Shown in pieces: positions 1 through 13,440 of a stretch of DNA of 64,000 nt. Below the pieces are notes generated by a model. The model worked only from the letters and a program-made list of their open reading frames with translations. It had not been told where the DNA came from and did no database searches. Numbering within the stretch: position 1 is the first letter of the stretch; each line of letters starts with the position of its first letter. The translations under genes were made by a program, and so were the position numbers. This stretch comes from the human T2T-CHM13v2.0 reference genome, Homo sapiens: NCBI RefSeq assembly GCF_009914755.1, contig NC_060948.1. One strand, written 5' to 3'.

Positions 1-3000
1 GAAGGTGTAAGAATAAGAGTCACCACACTGAATATTAGGTTTGGTTATGTTCTCAGGTATATGGCACAATATCACCTGTAGCCAGAGAGAAGGCAAGAAA
101 GTCACATCAACTATGTATGTGTGGGTCCAGTAAAATGTCACAATACACTTTGTGGTAGGACCCTGGCAGAAGAGCCATATCATCTGGATGCTGCTTTCAG
201 TGATATATCAAAATCCACTATGAGGGCAGGACTTTGGAAAGAAAGGAGACTCACTTAGCCTAGGCAACTGACCCAAGTATACGTCACAATGGCCCTTATA
301 TGCAGTACCAAGTCTGGAGAGTGACCTTAACTACATGCTGTGTGCAGCAGTACATCACTATTTCCCTGTGGTCAGGACCCAGGAAAAATTGAAGAAGCAT
401 CACCTAGGTGCTGAGCCAAATGATATGTTCCAATTCTTCCTGTTTGCAGAGCTCAAAAACAAGAATCTCATCACCTGGGTGCAGTACCCAGTTATGTGTC
501 ATATAGCAGTGTAAGTGCAGGGCCAAGGCAGTAGAAGGGACTCACATAACTTATGTGATATGCCTAGATTTAAGACACAATTCTCCTTGTAGGCAGTTTT
601 CAGGCAGATAACTTACATCACTTGGGTGATTGTCCCAGTGACATATAAAAGTGCCCTTTGCAATGGGAGCTCTGGAAGCTGTTATATACGGCACGTAAGG
701 AATATATATGGTACAATTTAATCTGTGGCCTAGGAGTAGAAAAGAGTCAGATTATTCATATGCTAGGCAAAGTTGCCTCTCCTTTTTATGTTCTCAGAAA
801 GATTTGGAAATAAGTTTCACATCCCACAAAAGTATTTCTTCTGTGTATGTGATTCAATTTTTTCTGTGACTTGGGTTGAAGTAGAGGAGTCGCAATCTCA
901 ACAATGAGCAAGATGCATGTACAAGAGCCCCAATCACACTTGAAGATGGTTTTCCAGTAAGGGAGTCACAGCACTACAGGCATGTTGAATCATGGTTCAT
1001 ATGTTACTAAGTCACCTGTGAATGAGATCCACATATGAGAGTAATTATTTCAATCTTTCACTGCTTTTTATGTGTGAGATTTAGTACCTCATTCCTAGGC
1101 CCTGTTCATGTGTAAGAATGTCAATTGTGTCAGCTAAGTGTGCATGCAAGGGTCACATTGTCACCGCGTTGCTGGTTTCTGTTATTACACTCTTTGCATC
1201 ATTAAGGTTTTATATGATATACCTGAGTGTTATAATCCTTCATGAAATTTATACTAGTGAAAAATACAGGACTTTACCCATTGCCATAAGACTGGCTGTG
1301 AGAGTCTCTACTGGATTGGGCCAGGTATGAGAATTATTATTGTGCATGTGTGCTTAAACCACATATATGTCACAACTGGACCTGTGAGCAGAAAAAAAGT
1401 CAGGAGAGTCACATTACCTTGGTGCTGAGCCAGTTATATAGTATAATCTTATTTGTAGGCTGGGACCAATCAGAAGAGTCACATCACTTCACCTGGGTGC
1501 TGAGCCAGTGAAAGAGTGTATACTCATTTTTTGGCTTGGCCTAGTCAGAAGAGTCACATCACCTGGGTACAGCCTAAAATAGTATGTCACCAAGCCCATT
1601 GTGGACAGGAAAGAAGAAAATGAGGAATGTCCCACAACCTAGGTACTGAGCTCTGCAATATGTAATAATCTCTTCTCTTGAAAGAGTCTAGAATATGAAG
1701 GAGATCTACATCACCTAGGTATTGCAATCAGCAGTATGTCACAACTTCTATGGTGAGCAGGGCTCAGGCAGGAGAGGATAGTCAGATTTTCTAATTATTA
1801 AGTAAACTGATATTTCACAATGTCTTCTGGGGGCAGGGCACAAATAGGAGAGAAAAATCACCTAGCTTATGGGCCCAGAGATATGTGATAATATTCCCTG
1901 TTTTCAGGGTCAAGGTAGAAGAGTCACATTATTATAATTCTAACCCAGGGATATGTCACAATGAATCCATGGGAAGGAATTTAAGGCAAAAATCTCAACA
2001 TCTGAGTACTAGGCCTCATAATATGCCAGAACTCCTTGTCTTTCAGGGTGACATGATTTGCTGTGAGCTGGGTGTGAATATGAGAAACACAATCTCATGT
2101 GTTTCCAGGATCATTTGATGACACTCTACAGCTTTGAAAGGCTTTGTACAGCCTTCATGAGAATTGCAAACCACTGTGAGGCCTACATGGTTGTACAGAT
2201 TCATGATCTTACACATTACCCAAAAGAAAGATATAATAGTTAACATATCCTCTGTAGGCTGGGTTCAGAAATAATATCCATGATTTTCTTGAGAGCTGGA
2301 TCCAGAAATAAGTCACCATCCCATTTGTGGCCAGATCAACATATGAAGATCACAATTCCAACTTTGTACTCTATTCACTTTTAGACTCAGAAACTTAATA
2401 GTGGGCTTTGTACATGTGGGATGGTGACAACATTGCTTTCACCTGGGTATCTAATGGAGAGTCCAAATCTAAATTTTTGCTCATCTCTTTTATAAAACTC
2501 TCTGTACAACACAATAAATGTAGTCATCATGAGTTAATTTCTGTAAAGTTTTTGAATTTGATAGAAATATAAAACCCAGGACCTCATCTATTGCCCTAAG
2601 CCTAGTAATGAAATGTAAAATATATCCTATTGGCCGAATCACAGGATAGGTTTGTCCATCATGCCTGTGAACTGAAGTAAGGTATATGATATATTTACAT
2701 TTGTGGGCAAAAAAAAACTAGGCAGGAAGGTAACATCACTTACATGCTGTGACAAGCATCATGTCATAATGTCCTCTGTAAGAATGGTATATGAATTAGA
2801 GTCACATTAACTGGGTGTTGGATCCTGCAATATGACAAAATCCCATATGTGGAAACAAACCAACCTAGAAGTGAGAACAAAAATGCCAACAGAATGGGCC
2901 CAGGATATGTCAAAATATGTTCTGTGGCTTTGGGACAGGCATGAAAGTCACATTATTAGGGTGCTGGGCCCAGCAATATGCCACAACTCCCCATATATGT

Positions 3001-6000
3001 AGGACCCAGGCAAAAGAGTAACATTATCTGTGTGCTGGCCCCTGCAATAGTCAAAATTTTTGTTTTTCTATTAACATGAGTGTTGTGTTCAGCAATATGT
3101 CACAATCCTCTCATTGTAAAGACCAGGCAGGAGAAGAGATTCATTTCACTTAGGTCATGGTCTCAGAGATATATCCCACTGTTCTCTCCATGCAGGGATC
3201 AGGTAGAAAGAAGAGTCATATCACCTATGTGTTTCTCTAGTTAAATGTCACAATCTGACATGCAGGCAGAAACCAGGGAGAAGAGCCACATCACCTGGGT
3301 ACAGCCTCAAGTAATATGTCACCATGCCCAATGTAGACATGTTCAAAAAAAGAAAATCACACCACAAGAATTCTGGGCTCAATAATATGTAATAATTCCC
3401 TCTTTATACAGAGTCCATGACAAAGATTAGAGCCATATCACCTAGAATTTGTGCTCAGTGGTATGTCACAATTTCTTCAATGAACAGGATCCACGCAGGA
3501 GAGGAGAGTCATATTACCTAGATACCATATCTAGCAATATGTCACAGAGTCCCCTGTGAGCAGGGCACTGGCAGGAGAGAAATGTCACCTAGCCAATAGG
3601 CCCAGAGATATGTGAAAATAACTGTTGTTTGCAGGGCCAAGACAGAAGAGTCACATTATCATCGTTCTGATCCAGTGATAGGTAACACTGCCCTCATGGA
3701 AAGGAATTTAAACCAAAAAGTCTCAATACCAGTATACTTGGCCAAGGGATATGACATAATCTCATCTTTAAATGTGGCAGCATTTTAGCTGTTATCTAGT
3801 TATATATATGACAGTCACAAACTCCTGAGTGTCCTTGCCATTGTATGATACTCTCTACAACATCTGAAAACTTTATACAACACGCATGAGTGTTGCAAAA
3901 CTTGCTGAGTCCTACACACTTATATGGACTCATAATCTTCCATATTGCCATAAACCGAGGTATGTCAGGCAACATGTCTTCTATCGGCTGGCATCAGAGT
4001 TGAGACCATTATTAGGGCTGTGAGCTGGGTACAGAAATGGGATTCACCATCTCACCTGTAGTCAGATTCACTTATGAGAGTCACAATTTGAACTTTGGGT
4101 TGTATTGACTTGTTTGATTCAGGACCTCAACAATAAGCTTTGTAAATGTAGGATGTGAGCTAATGTTGTAAAATTCTGTGATCTTTGAACAAATGTGTAA
4201 TGGAGGACCTTAACTATTGACCAAAACCTAGGGGTGAGAGGCAAAATATCTCCTATTGGCTTAATCACACAGCGAACTTGATCATCATGTCTTTGAACTG
4301 AAGCAAGGCATATGTCATAATCTCATTTTTGGGGAAAGACTAGGCAGAAGGTTAACATCATTTAGGTGCTGTGCCAAGCAACTTATCCCAATGTCTTCTC
4401 CAGGCAGGGCCTAAGAAACGGAGTAACATTAACTGGGGGCTGGAACCCTCAATATGACACAAAACCATGTGGAAGAAACCCAGCAAACTGATCAGTGGCA
4501 AAATACATATAGAATGAGCCAAAGATGTGTCAAAATACTATCTGTGGCCCTGGCACAGAGAGAAGAGTCTCATCCTTAGGGTGCTGGGCCAAGCAATATG
4601 CCACAATTCCCTCTTTATGCATGACCTAGGCAGAAGAGTAACATTATCTGGGTGTAGGGTCCCGAAATACAGCAAAATTCCTGTTCATGGGCACTCTTTA
4701 GCAACAAGACAAGAGTCACACAACCTGAGTACTGGGCTTCTCAATATCTCACAGATCTCCGATTGTAAAAGCCCAGACAGAAGTGAGTCAAATTACTTAG
4801 ACTGTGGGTTCAAAGAGAGGACCCAATGTCTTTAGTAGGCAGGGCTAAGGCAAAAAAAGTGAATCATATCACCTAGGTGTTTTCTTTAAGTATACGTCAC
4901 AATTTAATGTGTGGGAAGAAACCAGGCTGAAGTGCCACATCACGTGGTCCTGGTTCCCAAGATATTCACAAATCCCCCTTAGAAAAGGACCCAGGCAAGA
5001 GAGTTACATCACCTAGGAGCAGGTTCCTCCCTGATGTTACAATGCTCCATGTGGGCAGCCCATGAAGGAATTCACATCATCTAGGTGATAGGCCTAGAGA
5101 TATGTCACATAACCTTCCTGAAAGCATGGCCCTGGCAAAAGAGTACCATAACCTTTGTGCCTCGTCTAGCAATATGTCACTATACAAGTGGGCAGGTTTC
5201 AAACAAAAAAGCCATATCATCTATATAATAGGCCCTGTAATATGTCATAATATTGTCTTTTATGCATGGTCGTGGAAAAAAAATCATCATTACCTGTGTG
5301 CCTTGCCTATGAATATGTCACTCTCCTGCCCTGTGTGTAGGGCCCATTCCAGAGAGGAAAGTTACATCACCTCAGTGGTGGACACATAATATGTCACAAG
5401 GTTGTCTAGGGGCAGGGAGCAGGCAAGAATGTAATGTCACCTAAGCACTGAATCCAATGATGTCACAATCCTTAATGAGATCAGGGCCCAGGCAGAAGTG
5501 TCACAAAACTTCAGTGTTGGCCCAGGTAAATATCAAAATCCTTTATGTAGGCTGGAACTAGTCTGAAGAGTGAAATCACAAAAGTGCATGGAAAAGCTTT
5601 ATATCACAGTCACGATAAAATAAAATTCTAGGGATTATTTTAAAATACCACATGTGTCTTGTTTTCATGTAGAACAGTAGCCTTTATCTTCTGTGATGGT
5701 AAAAATCTTTACAGTTAGCTAAGTGTTCATAAGAGACTCACAATTTACTCTTTATGAGAGGCCTTGTTATGACACTCTCCATAACTTAATGCCTTTATAA
5801 CTTAATGGTGTTATAAAATGTGTAAGTGTTGTAATCTTCTGTGACTTTGTTAATAGTAGGAGATGCTTGACATCACTCATGTCTCTAAACCTAGTTGTAA
5901 GAGTCAAAATTTTTCCTATTGACTGTGTCCACATATGAGAGTCATTGTCATGCCTGTTAGCTGTGTCCAGGTATATGTCACCATGCCCTCAGTGGTTATT

Positions 6001-9000
6001 AAACAGGGAGGACACAGCATTACCTAAATCCTAAGCCAGAAATATTCCAATGTACTCTTTGTAGGCAAGACTCTAACAGAGAAGTCACAGAATTTAGGTG
6101 CTATGCCCAGCTATATGGCATAATATCCCTTGTGGAGAGTGTCCAGGCAGGAGAAGAGAGTCATATCACCTACATGATGGATCCAGAGATATATCACAAT
6201 GCCTCCTGTTGTAATGACCCCAGAAAAGAGTCATATCATTTGGATGTAATGCTTAGAAATGCTACACTTTTCACTTTAAGCAGGGTTCAGTCAGGAGAGG
6301 AAAGTCACATAAGCTAGATGATATGTCCAGAGATATGTTATCATCCCTTCGGAGGGCATTGTTAAGACAAAAGTCAAATCACCAAAGTTTTGGCCCAGTT
6401 ATATGTAAAAATGTCTTATCTAGGCTATAAATAGGCAGGATTATTAAATCATTCAGTAGCTGGGCAAAAGTAAATGTCATAATAACACTTGTGGAAAGGT
6501 TCAGGGTTGAGAGTCACAATACTGTACATGTTGTGGTTCCTGGTACAAGAGTCATTATTATGCCTTTTATCTCGCTCACATATATGGCAGAGTATCACCT
6601 GTGGGGAGGGAGAGGAAACAAAAGGAGAGTTACACCACTTAAGTGGGTGCATGTCCAGTGAAATGTCACAATTCTCCTTGTAGGTTGGATTCTTGGAGAA
6701 GATTCAGTCAACTGGATGCTGGTTTCAGTGACATATCTAAATCCTCCCTGTTGGCAAGGCTTAGGCAGGAGAGGAGAGAAACTGCATATAGACACCTTGC
6801 CTTTATAAGTGTCAAAATGGCCCTTGTGTGTAGGATCAAGTCAGGAGAGTGACCTTACCTTGGTGCTGGGTTCAGCAATATGTCAAAGTCTCTCTGTTTG
6901 TCAGAGCCAAGGCAAGAGAGGAAACATCACCTAGGGCCTGAGCCATTTAATATGTTACAAAGCTTTTTATTGGCAGAACTCCCCTCAGAAAAGTTTCACA
7001 TCACCTGAGTGCAGTACCCAGTTGTATGTCACAATACACCATAAGTGTAGGGCCAAGGCAGTACAAGAAACTCACATCATTTACATGATGGACCTAGATA
7101 AAAGCCACAATGCTCTTTATAGCTAGGGTTTAGGCCAAGAGTTCACATCAGCTCACTGCTGGTACCAGTGATACATAAAATGCCCCTAGTTGCATTGCCA
7201 AAAAGTTGTTATACATTGCTTAAGTGCTGGTGCACATATGTCAGAATTTCTAGGTTTTCAGCCTAGAAAGATTACTCAAAATACTCAGATGCTGGACAAA
7301 GTCAAACTTCACAATCACACATTTGAAAATGTTCAGAAATAAATTTTACAGTCCCACACAACTGCTGGCTTTGGGTATGACAGTCAACACCTCCTATGAG
7401 TTGGGTCAAAGTAAAGGAGTCATAATCTCAACAATGGGCAAGATGCATGTGTAAAAGCCCCAACCACATTGAAGGTTGTGTTCCAGTAGGTTAGTCATGC
7501 ACCACAGGTCTGGAGAATCATGGTTTAAATGTCACCAAACCATCTGTGGATAAGACTCATGTACGACAGTAACAATGTCAAGCTTTGTCTCCTTATGTGT
7601 GTGAGATTTTGTAACTCATTTGTAGGCTCTGTTCATGTGTGAAAATTACAGCTGTGTCAGCTGAATGTGCATAATACCTAGTTGGTGGTGCCTGTTATGA
7701 CACTCTTTGTACCATGCAGATGTTATATGATACACCTGCATAGGATACTCTTGTCTGAATTTTATTGGGGGAGATCTAGGACTTCACCCATGGCCATAAA
7801 CTGGCTATGAGAGTCAAAATATCTCCCTTGGCTGGGTCCATGCATGAGAGTTATTATTGTGCATATCAGTTGAATCCAGGTATATGTTAGAATTTCATCT
7901 TTGGACTGAGACAGTATAGAAATGTCACATCATCTGGTGTCCTGAGTCAGAAATATATTAATCTTATTTTTAGGCAGCATCCAATCAGAAGAGTCATGTC
8001 ACCTGGGTACAGTCTCAAATAATATATCATCTTGACCACTGTATACAGGTTGAAAAAATAGAGGATAGTCACAGTCCCTAGGTGCTGGGCTCAGCAATAT
8101 ATTATAATTCCTTCTCATGGCAGATTCCATCACAAAGAGAAGAGTCATACCACCTAGGTTTTGCATTCAGTGGTATGTCACAATTTCTTAGGTAGGTGAG
8201 ATCCAGGCAGGAGAGGAGAGTCACATTACCTAGATGCTGTATCCAGCATAAGCTCAGTGTCCCCTGTGAGAGCGCACTGTGAGAGGAGAGACATATAACC
8301 TAGCTGATAGGCCAAGAGATATGTGACAATATCCCCTTCTGGCTGGATCCATGCAGAAGAGTCACCTTTTTATGATTCTAACCCAGCAATATTTCACAAT
8401 GCACCCACGGGAAAGAATTTAAGCCAAGAATCTCAACACTGGGGTGCTAGACTTTGTGATATAACACAATCACTTCATCTTTTAGTTGACACCTTTAACT
8501 GTTAGCTTGGTATGTATATAAGAGTCACAATCTCTTGTGTGTTCTAGGTCATCCTATGAGACTCTCTACAACATCTGAAGGATTTATCCAAAATACCTTA
8601 GAGTTGCAAGCCACTCTGAAGCCTACATACTTGTTTGACTCAAAACATACATATTGATATAAACCTTGTTATGATAATCGACAGATCTCTTATAGGCTGG
8701 TTTCAGACAGAAAACGCATTATGGTGCCTATAATCTGGGTCCAGAAATGAGTCACCATCTCATCTGTAGCAAGATCCACATATGAAAGTCACAGTTCCAT
8801 CTTTGTATTTTATTTACTTCTTAGAGTCAGAATTTCAACAGCGGGCTTTGTGAATATGGGATGCTAAAAACTTTTTCTCTCACCTGCATTTGTAATCAAG
8901 GGTCACGATTTTAATCTTTTGCTGGGCCCTGTTATAAAACACTGTGTACCACCCAAGTTTATAGAATATGAGTTAGTGTTGTAAACTTCTGTGAGCTTTG

Positions 9001-10650
9001 TACAAATATGAAACTCATAAACATAACTAGTGCCCTAAGCATAGTGATGAGAGGCAAAAATCTACTATTTGTGGAATGCCAATTATGTTTGATCATTATG
9101 TCACTGAGTTGAAGCAATGTAAATATCATGATCTCATTTTTAGAAAAAAACTTGTTGGAAGGGTAGCACAACTTATTTGCTGTGGCAAGCAATATGTCAC
9201 CAAACCCTCTCTAGGCAGGGTCTAGAAAGGAGGATTACATTACCTGGGTGCTGGAGTGCTAGACCCAGCAATATGACACAATCCCAAATGGGGAAAAACA
9301 AGCCCAAACAAATGAAGAGACCAAAAACGCCCACATATTGGGCCCAAGATATATAAAAATACTTTCAGTTGCTCTGGTACAAGCAGGAGAATTACACCAT
9401 GAGTGTGAGGGGCCAAGCAATATGCCATAATTGTCTCTTTCTGCAAGACCCAGGCAGAAATGGGACATCATCTGGGTGCTGTACCCTGCAATACATCAAA
9501 ATTTATTTTCATTGGCATGGTTTTGGGAAAAAAAAAAGAAGAGTCACTTTATCTAGGTATTGGACATAGCAAAACATCACACCACATCATTGTAAGGGAT
9601 CAGGTTGAATAAAAGATACACATGACATATGACACAGGCTTAGATATATGACCCAATGTCCCAAGTAGGCAGGGCTCAGTCAGAAGAGAAGAGTAATATC
9701 ACCTAGGTGCTTCCCTGGGTATATAACACAATCTAATATGTGAGGTGAATTCAAGCAGAAGAGTCACATCACTTTTATACTGGGTCCTGAGATATATCAC
9801 AATGCTCCCTTAGGACAGGACACATTTAGGAGAGTTACAACAAATAGTTACAGGTTTCAGGTTTCACATTTATGTTGCAATGCTCCATGTGGGCAGGACT
9901 CAAGCAGTGAATTATATCACGTAGACCCAGGCCAAGAGATTTGTCACAATGCCCTCTTTAGAAGTTCCTATCAAAGGAGTTCGAACACCTCTGTGCCTAG
10001 CACTCATACATCACTACACCACACTCTGTGCAGAGCCCAATCTAATGAGGAGAGTCATATCACCTGAGTGGCTGACAGAGTGATATGTCACAATAATTTC
10101 TGTGGGCATGGCTTAGGAAAAAAAGTAACATGATCTAGGTGCTGGATGTAATGATTTGTCATGATTCTTACTGGGAGAAAGGCCCAGGCAGGAGAGTCAT
10201 ACCACCTGAGGTTGGCCCAGGTGGGTACCACAATAACACATGTGGGCTGAAACCAGTGTAGGGATTCAAATCACACAGGTGCTTCACAAAAATTTAAATT
10301 ACAAACACACTGGCAGAACATTCCCAGGGTAAGATTTACAATAACACACATTACTTGTTTTGATAAGTGACAGTCATCTTCATATATTTGTGAAAATGAC
10401 ATTCCTTACTGTCATCTGACTCTGCATATGAGACTCACAATTTCACCTTTCTGCTGGGTTCTGTCATAAAACTCTCTGTATAAGCAGAGGACATTATAAA
10501 ATATCAGACTCTATTATAATCTTCTTTGAACTTTTTTATTACCAGAAAGAGACTGAATCACTCTTGTTTCAAAAGCAAGTTAAGAAAGTCAAAATTTCTT
10601 CTATTTGTGAGGTCTACATATGACAGTTATTATCATGCCTGTGAGATGCT
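1..10650 (+). repeat. Diverged beta-satellite (BSR/Beta, ~68-bp Sau3A family) array with higher-order structure
   Basis: Recurrent degenerate matches at ~68-72 bp spacing to the beta-satellite consensus (GATATGTCACAATGCCCCTGTAGGCAGAGCCTAGACAAGAGTTACATCACCTGGGT), e.g. tatgtcacaat and gagtcacatcacctaggtg throughout. One long unit at 1-6495 and a shorter unit from 6496 that is truncated at ~10650. Confidence 0.92.
1492..1763 (-). other. BPY2/VCY2-homologous segment inside the beta-satellite unit (non-coding paralogue)
   Basis: Minus 1608-1492 translates LSTMGLVTYYFRLYPGDVTLLTRPSQKMSIHSFTGSAPR and minus 1763-1690 translates ALLTIEVVTYC*LQYLGDVDLLHIL. These match my recollection of BPY2 (QSKVGLLTYYVKLYPGEVTLLTRPSIQMRLCCITGSVSR and VLLTEGIMTYCLTKNLSDVNILHRL). 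A stop codon is present and there is no complete ORF. Confidence 0.7.
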
Positions 10651-13440
10651 TGTAAGTTGAGCATTGAAATATAAGCTCAACAAGGTACTCTTAAGGCATT
10701 AATCTGTTCCTTACCAAAATTCATAAAGAATTATAAAATGTTATTGCTTTTTACATTTCTAAGTCATCATTTTAGTTAAATATGTAATTTATGATAACCT
10801 GGAATTGTATTTCTTTACACAAGGGGTGTTTTAAACCCCTAACATGTAACATCCTTCTCAAAATCAAGCTTTAGCTACAAAATTATCTTTCTTAATTTCT
10901 GGCTTTTGGATGCTACAGAGGGCCCATGGAGTATCCACGAGAGAGTTAAACTGGATTATATGACAGGATTAATTACATAGAATTTCCAAAATGGTGTTCA
11001 ATATTCTTTAGATGATGTTTTGATGACTAATACTAACACATGTTCCAAAATTATGTGGTATTTCTAATATCTGAAGTATATGCTATTATCAACAATTAAG
11101 GTTGTTACAGTATTTTAAACCATAGAAATAATAGAAATTTTTGTCATGTTTCTGACTGTAACTACCCTGGACATTTTCTTATAAACAGATGATTGTTGTC
11201 TTGTTTTAATTTTTTATAAAAGCATTTTCTAATCAGCTGTAGATCTTTGACAGGTGCTCTCACTTGCAGGTTTCTGATAACTTTGGAGTCTGTGACACTG
11301 GCATACAGGAAAAACTTACAGGACTCTTAAAGAGCTAAAATATCCATGAATATCAAACAAAAGAAGTGTTAACTGAATGGACTGGACTAATAGAAAACTG
11401 AAGTAATCTTTTTGCCTTTTACATGAAACATTACTGATTCTTGTATTGTTTACCAGAGTCAAGGAAACAGCCATTAATATTTGAGTAAGGTGTACTCCTG
11501 TGTACACAATTTGAAACATGTTTGTCTTTCTCTGCAGGGTTTTTCCAGAATTTCAAAAATAGTTGTGAGTGTTCTTAACTTATGGCAATATAGGTGTTTG
11601 CATCAGAGCAATAATAGTCCAATTTCTTTTCCAACAGAAGAGAACTGGAGAAACTGTTTTTTTACCAAGGCCTTGACTGAAAAAGAAGCTTCCCTGTAAG
11701 GAGTCAAGTTCAACTTGCAGAGCCAAGAACACTTCGGTGGCAAAATTGGCTTCACACCTCATCTAAACAGTCCTTTAGCAGGGTTCCTTATGTGTGGTAA
11801 GTAAAGAATGACATTACTGAGAGGCCCAACAGCTCCAACTTTATGTTGGGACCATAAGGAGAGAATCACCCAACTGAAAAGTATTTGATGGTACAAACCC
11901 ATGGCTGGGGTTGACTTTAGAAAGTCCTGTCTGAAATTTCTTGTGGAACAGAGGTCCATCAAAGCCAATATAAAAGACTTATACAGAAATATTTATTCTT
12001 GCTGCACTTTATGAAAATAATAAGGTCAAGTATAAGAGTAAAGTTTGTCTTACAAACAACTCAGTCCTATCTTGATTTGTTTTTTTTAACAGAAAAGAGG
12101 ATTGGATAAAGATAATATTTCGCAATTTATTATAGATTTGTCATTATATTTTAAACGCATTGGTTTTGAATTTTTGCCTACATTTTAGAACAATCCTGCT
12201 TATTTCTGTGACTCAACTAGTGATCTTCAACTGCAGCCCCCCCGCCCCCCACACACACACAAAAGGAGTTGGTAATGTAAACATCTGGATTAACATTCTA
12301 GTTCTGGACAATTTTCCTGCAAATTCTGCAGAGTGATGGGAATAAATAAAGTGCCCACCCAAATTTTATAACTACAACGGTAGCCACTAGTTTCCTCAAT
12401 GTGTCAGTCATTCTTTTCTCTTCCTTATGGAAGAAGAACTCAATTCCACAACTTTATCTTAGCATTCAGCTCGTGATAAAGAGTCCATACAATGCCCTGA
12501 GACAAATTTTTCTCCCAACCTCAATTCCAAGCTTCTGGTTGACACTGTAGAAAAAAATAGAAAATTTGAGAAATCCAGAGGCAGGTGATAACAGAGGTAA
12601 ACAGCATGGTGCAGGTGAGCATAATTAATTTCCACTGATTAAGCCAAGCCTCTGATTTCATGGATAAAGATTATGCTACTATCCATACTATAAATGAGGT
12701 CTAGTGAACTCCAGAACTACCAACAGCAGGGGAGATAGGGAACATGTGGTTAAGAGCAGATATTTCCACCCCCCAGGCCTCCCTGTTAACACTATTCAAA
12801 GCTGCCTTGACACCCATGGGTGGCAGCCTGTTACAATCACTGGGACTTGGGTATACAAGGATTGAAGTGGGAAAAATAATATTCCTTCTCTTATAGCTCA
12901 ACATACTCTGGGAATTTGCTAGGAAGAGAAAAGAACCAGGGACACCTGCTCCTCTCTCTCTTTCTAGATAAATAGTCATTCATCTTTAGTCTATACCCAT
13001 TTTGAATGCATCCTGAACCCTTAGAATGCCTTTGAAAAAATGCTTACTTTTCATTTTTTCTCCTCTGTTTGCTGTTTACAGAGAGGTAATCACGTCTCCA
13101 TACTTTGGGTTGTTCCACTTCAATGCATCCTCCAAGTTTGGAAGAGTTAATTTCCAAAACATTAAACTGGATGGCTTAGGATTGGACCCAGGAGAAAAGA
13201 ACCCAGAAGACTGATATGCTGTCCAAAGGGTAAATTTTTGTTTGTTTGTTTGTTTGTTTGTTTTCCCTGTTGGGCTTTTGGCATCCCTCTCCCTATGCAA
13301 ACTGGTGAAAGACCTTGAATTTTTTGAACTGTCCATTCAACTTTTCCCTTGTTTCATTTAAATACGTGTTTCTTAATTACCCAGTTTGATTCTCTTCACC
13401 TTCAGGCTATCAAACTTCAAAGAGTCACACTATCAGAGCA
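10651..13440 (+). mobile_element. ERV1 MER4-group internal sequence fragment (non-coding, no LTR seen)
   Basis: Motifs typical of MER4-group internals: ccagagtcaaggaaac, gttcttaacttatggcaatata, ggagaaactg..ttttaccaaggc, and ttcaggctatcaaacttcaaa near the 3' end. Subfamily not determined and boundaries approximate. Confidence 0.7.

Noticed and set aside
1492-1763. Calling this locus BPY2 itself
   Set aside because: There is only ~50-60% peptide identity to the recalled sequence, an internal stop and no recognisable N-terminal exon, and equivalent matches occur in several units.
1-10650. CRISPR-like repeat/spacer periodicity (~70 bp)
   Set aside because: The repeats are degenerate along their whole length, there are no unique spacers or cas genes, and the context is primate (Alu/L1).
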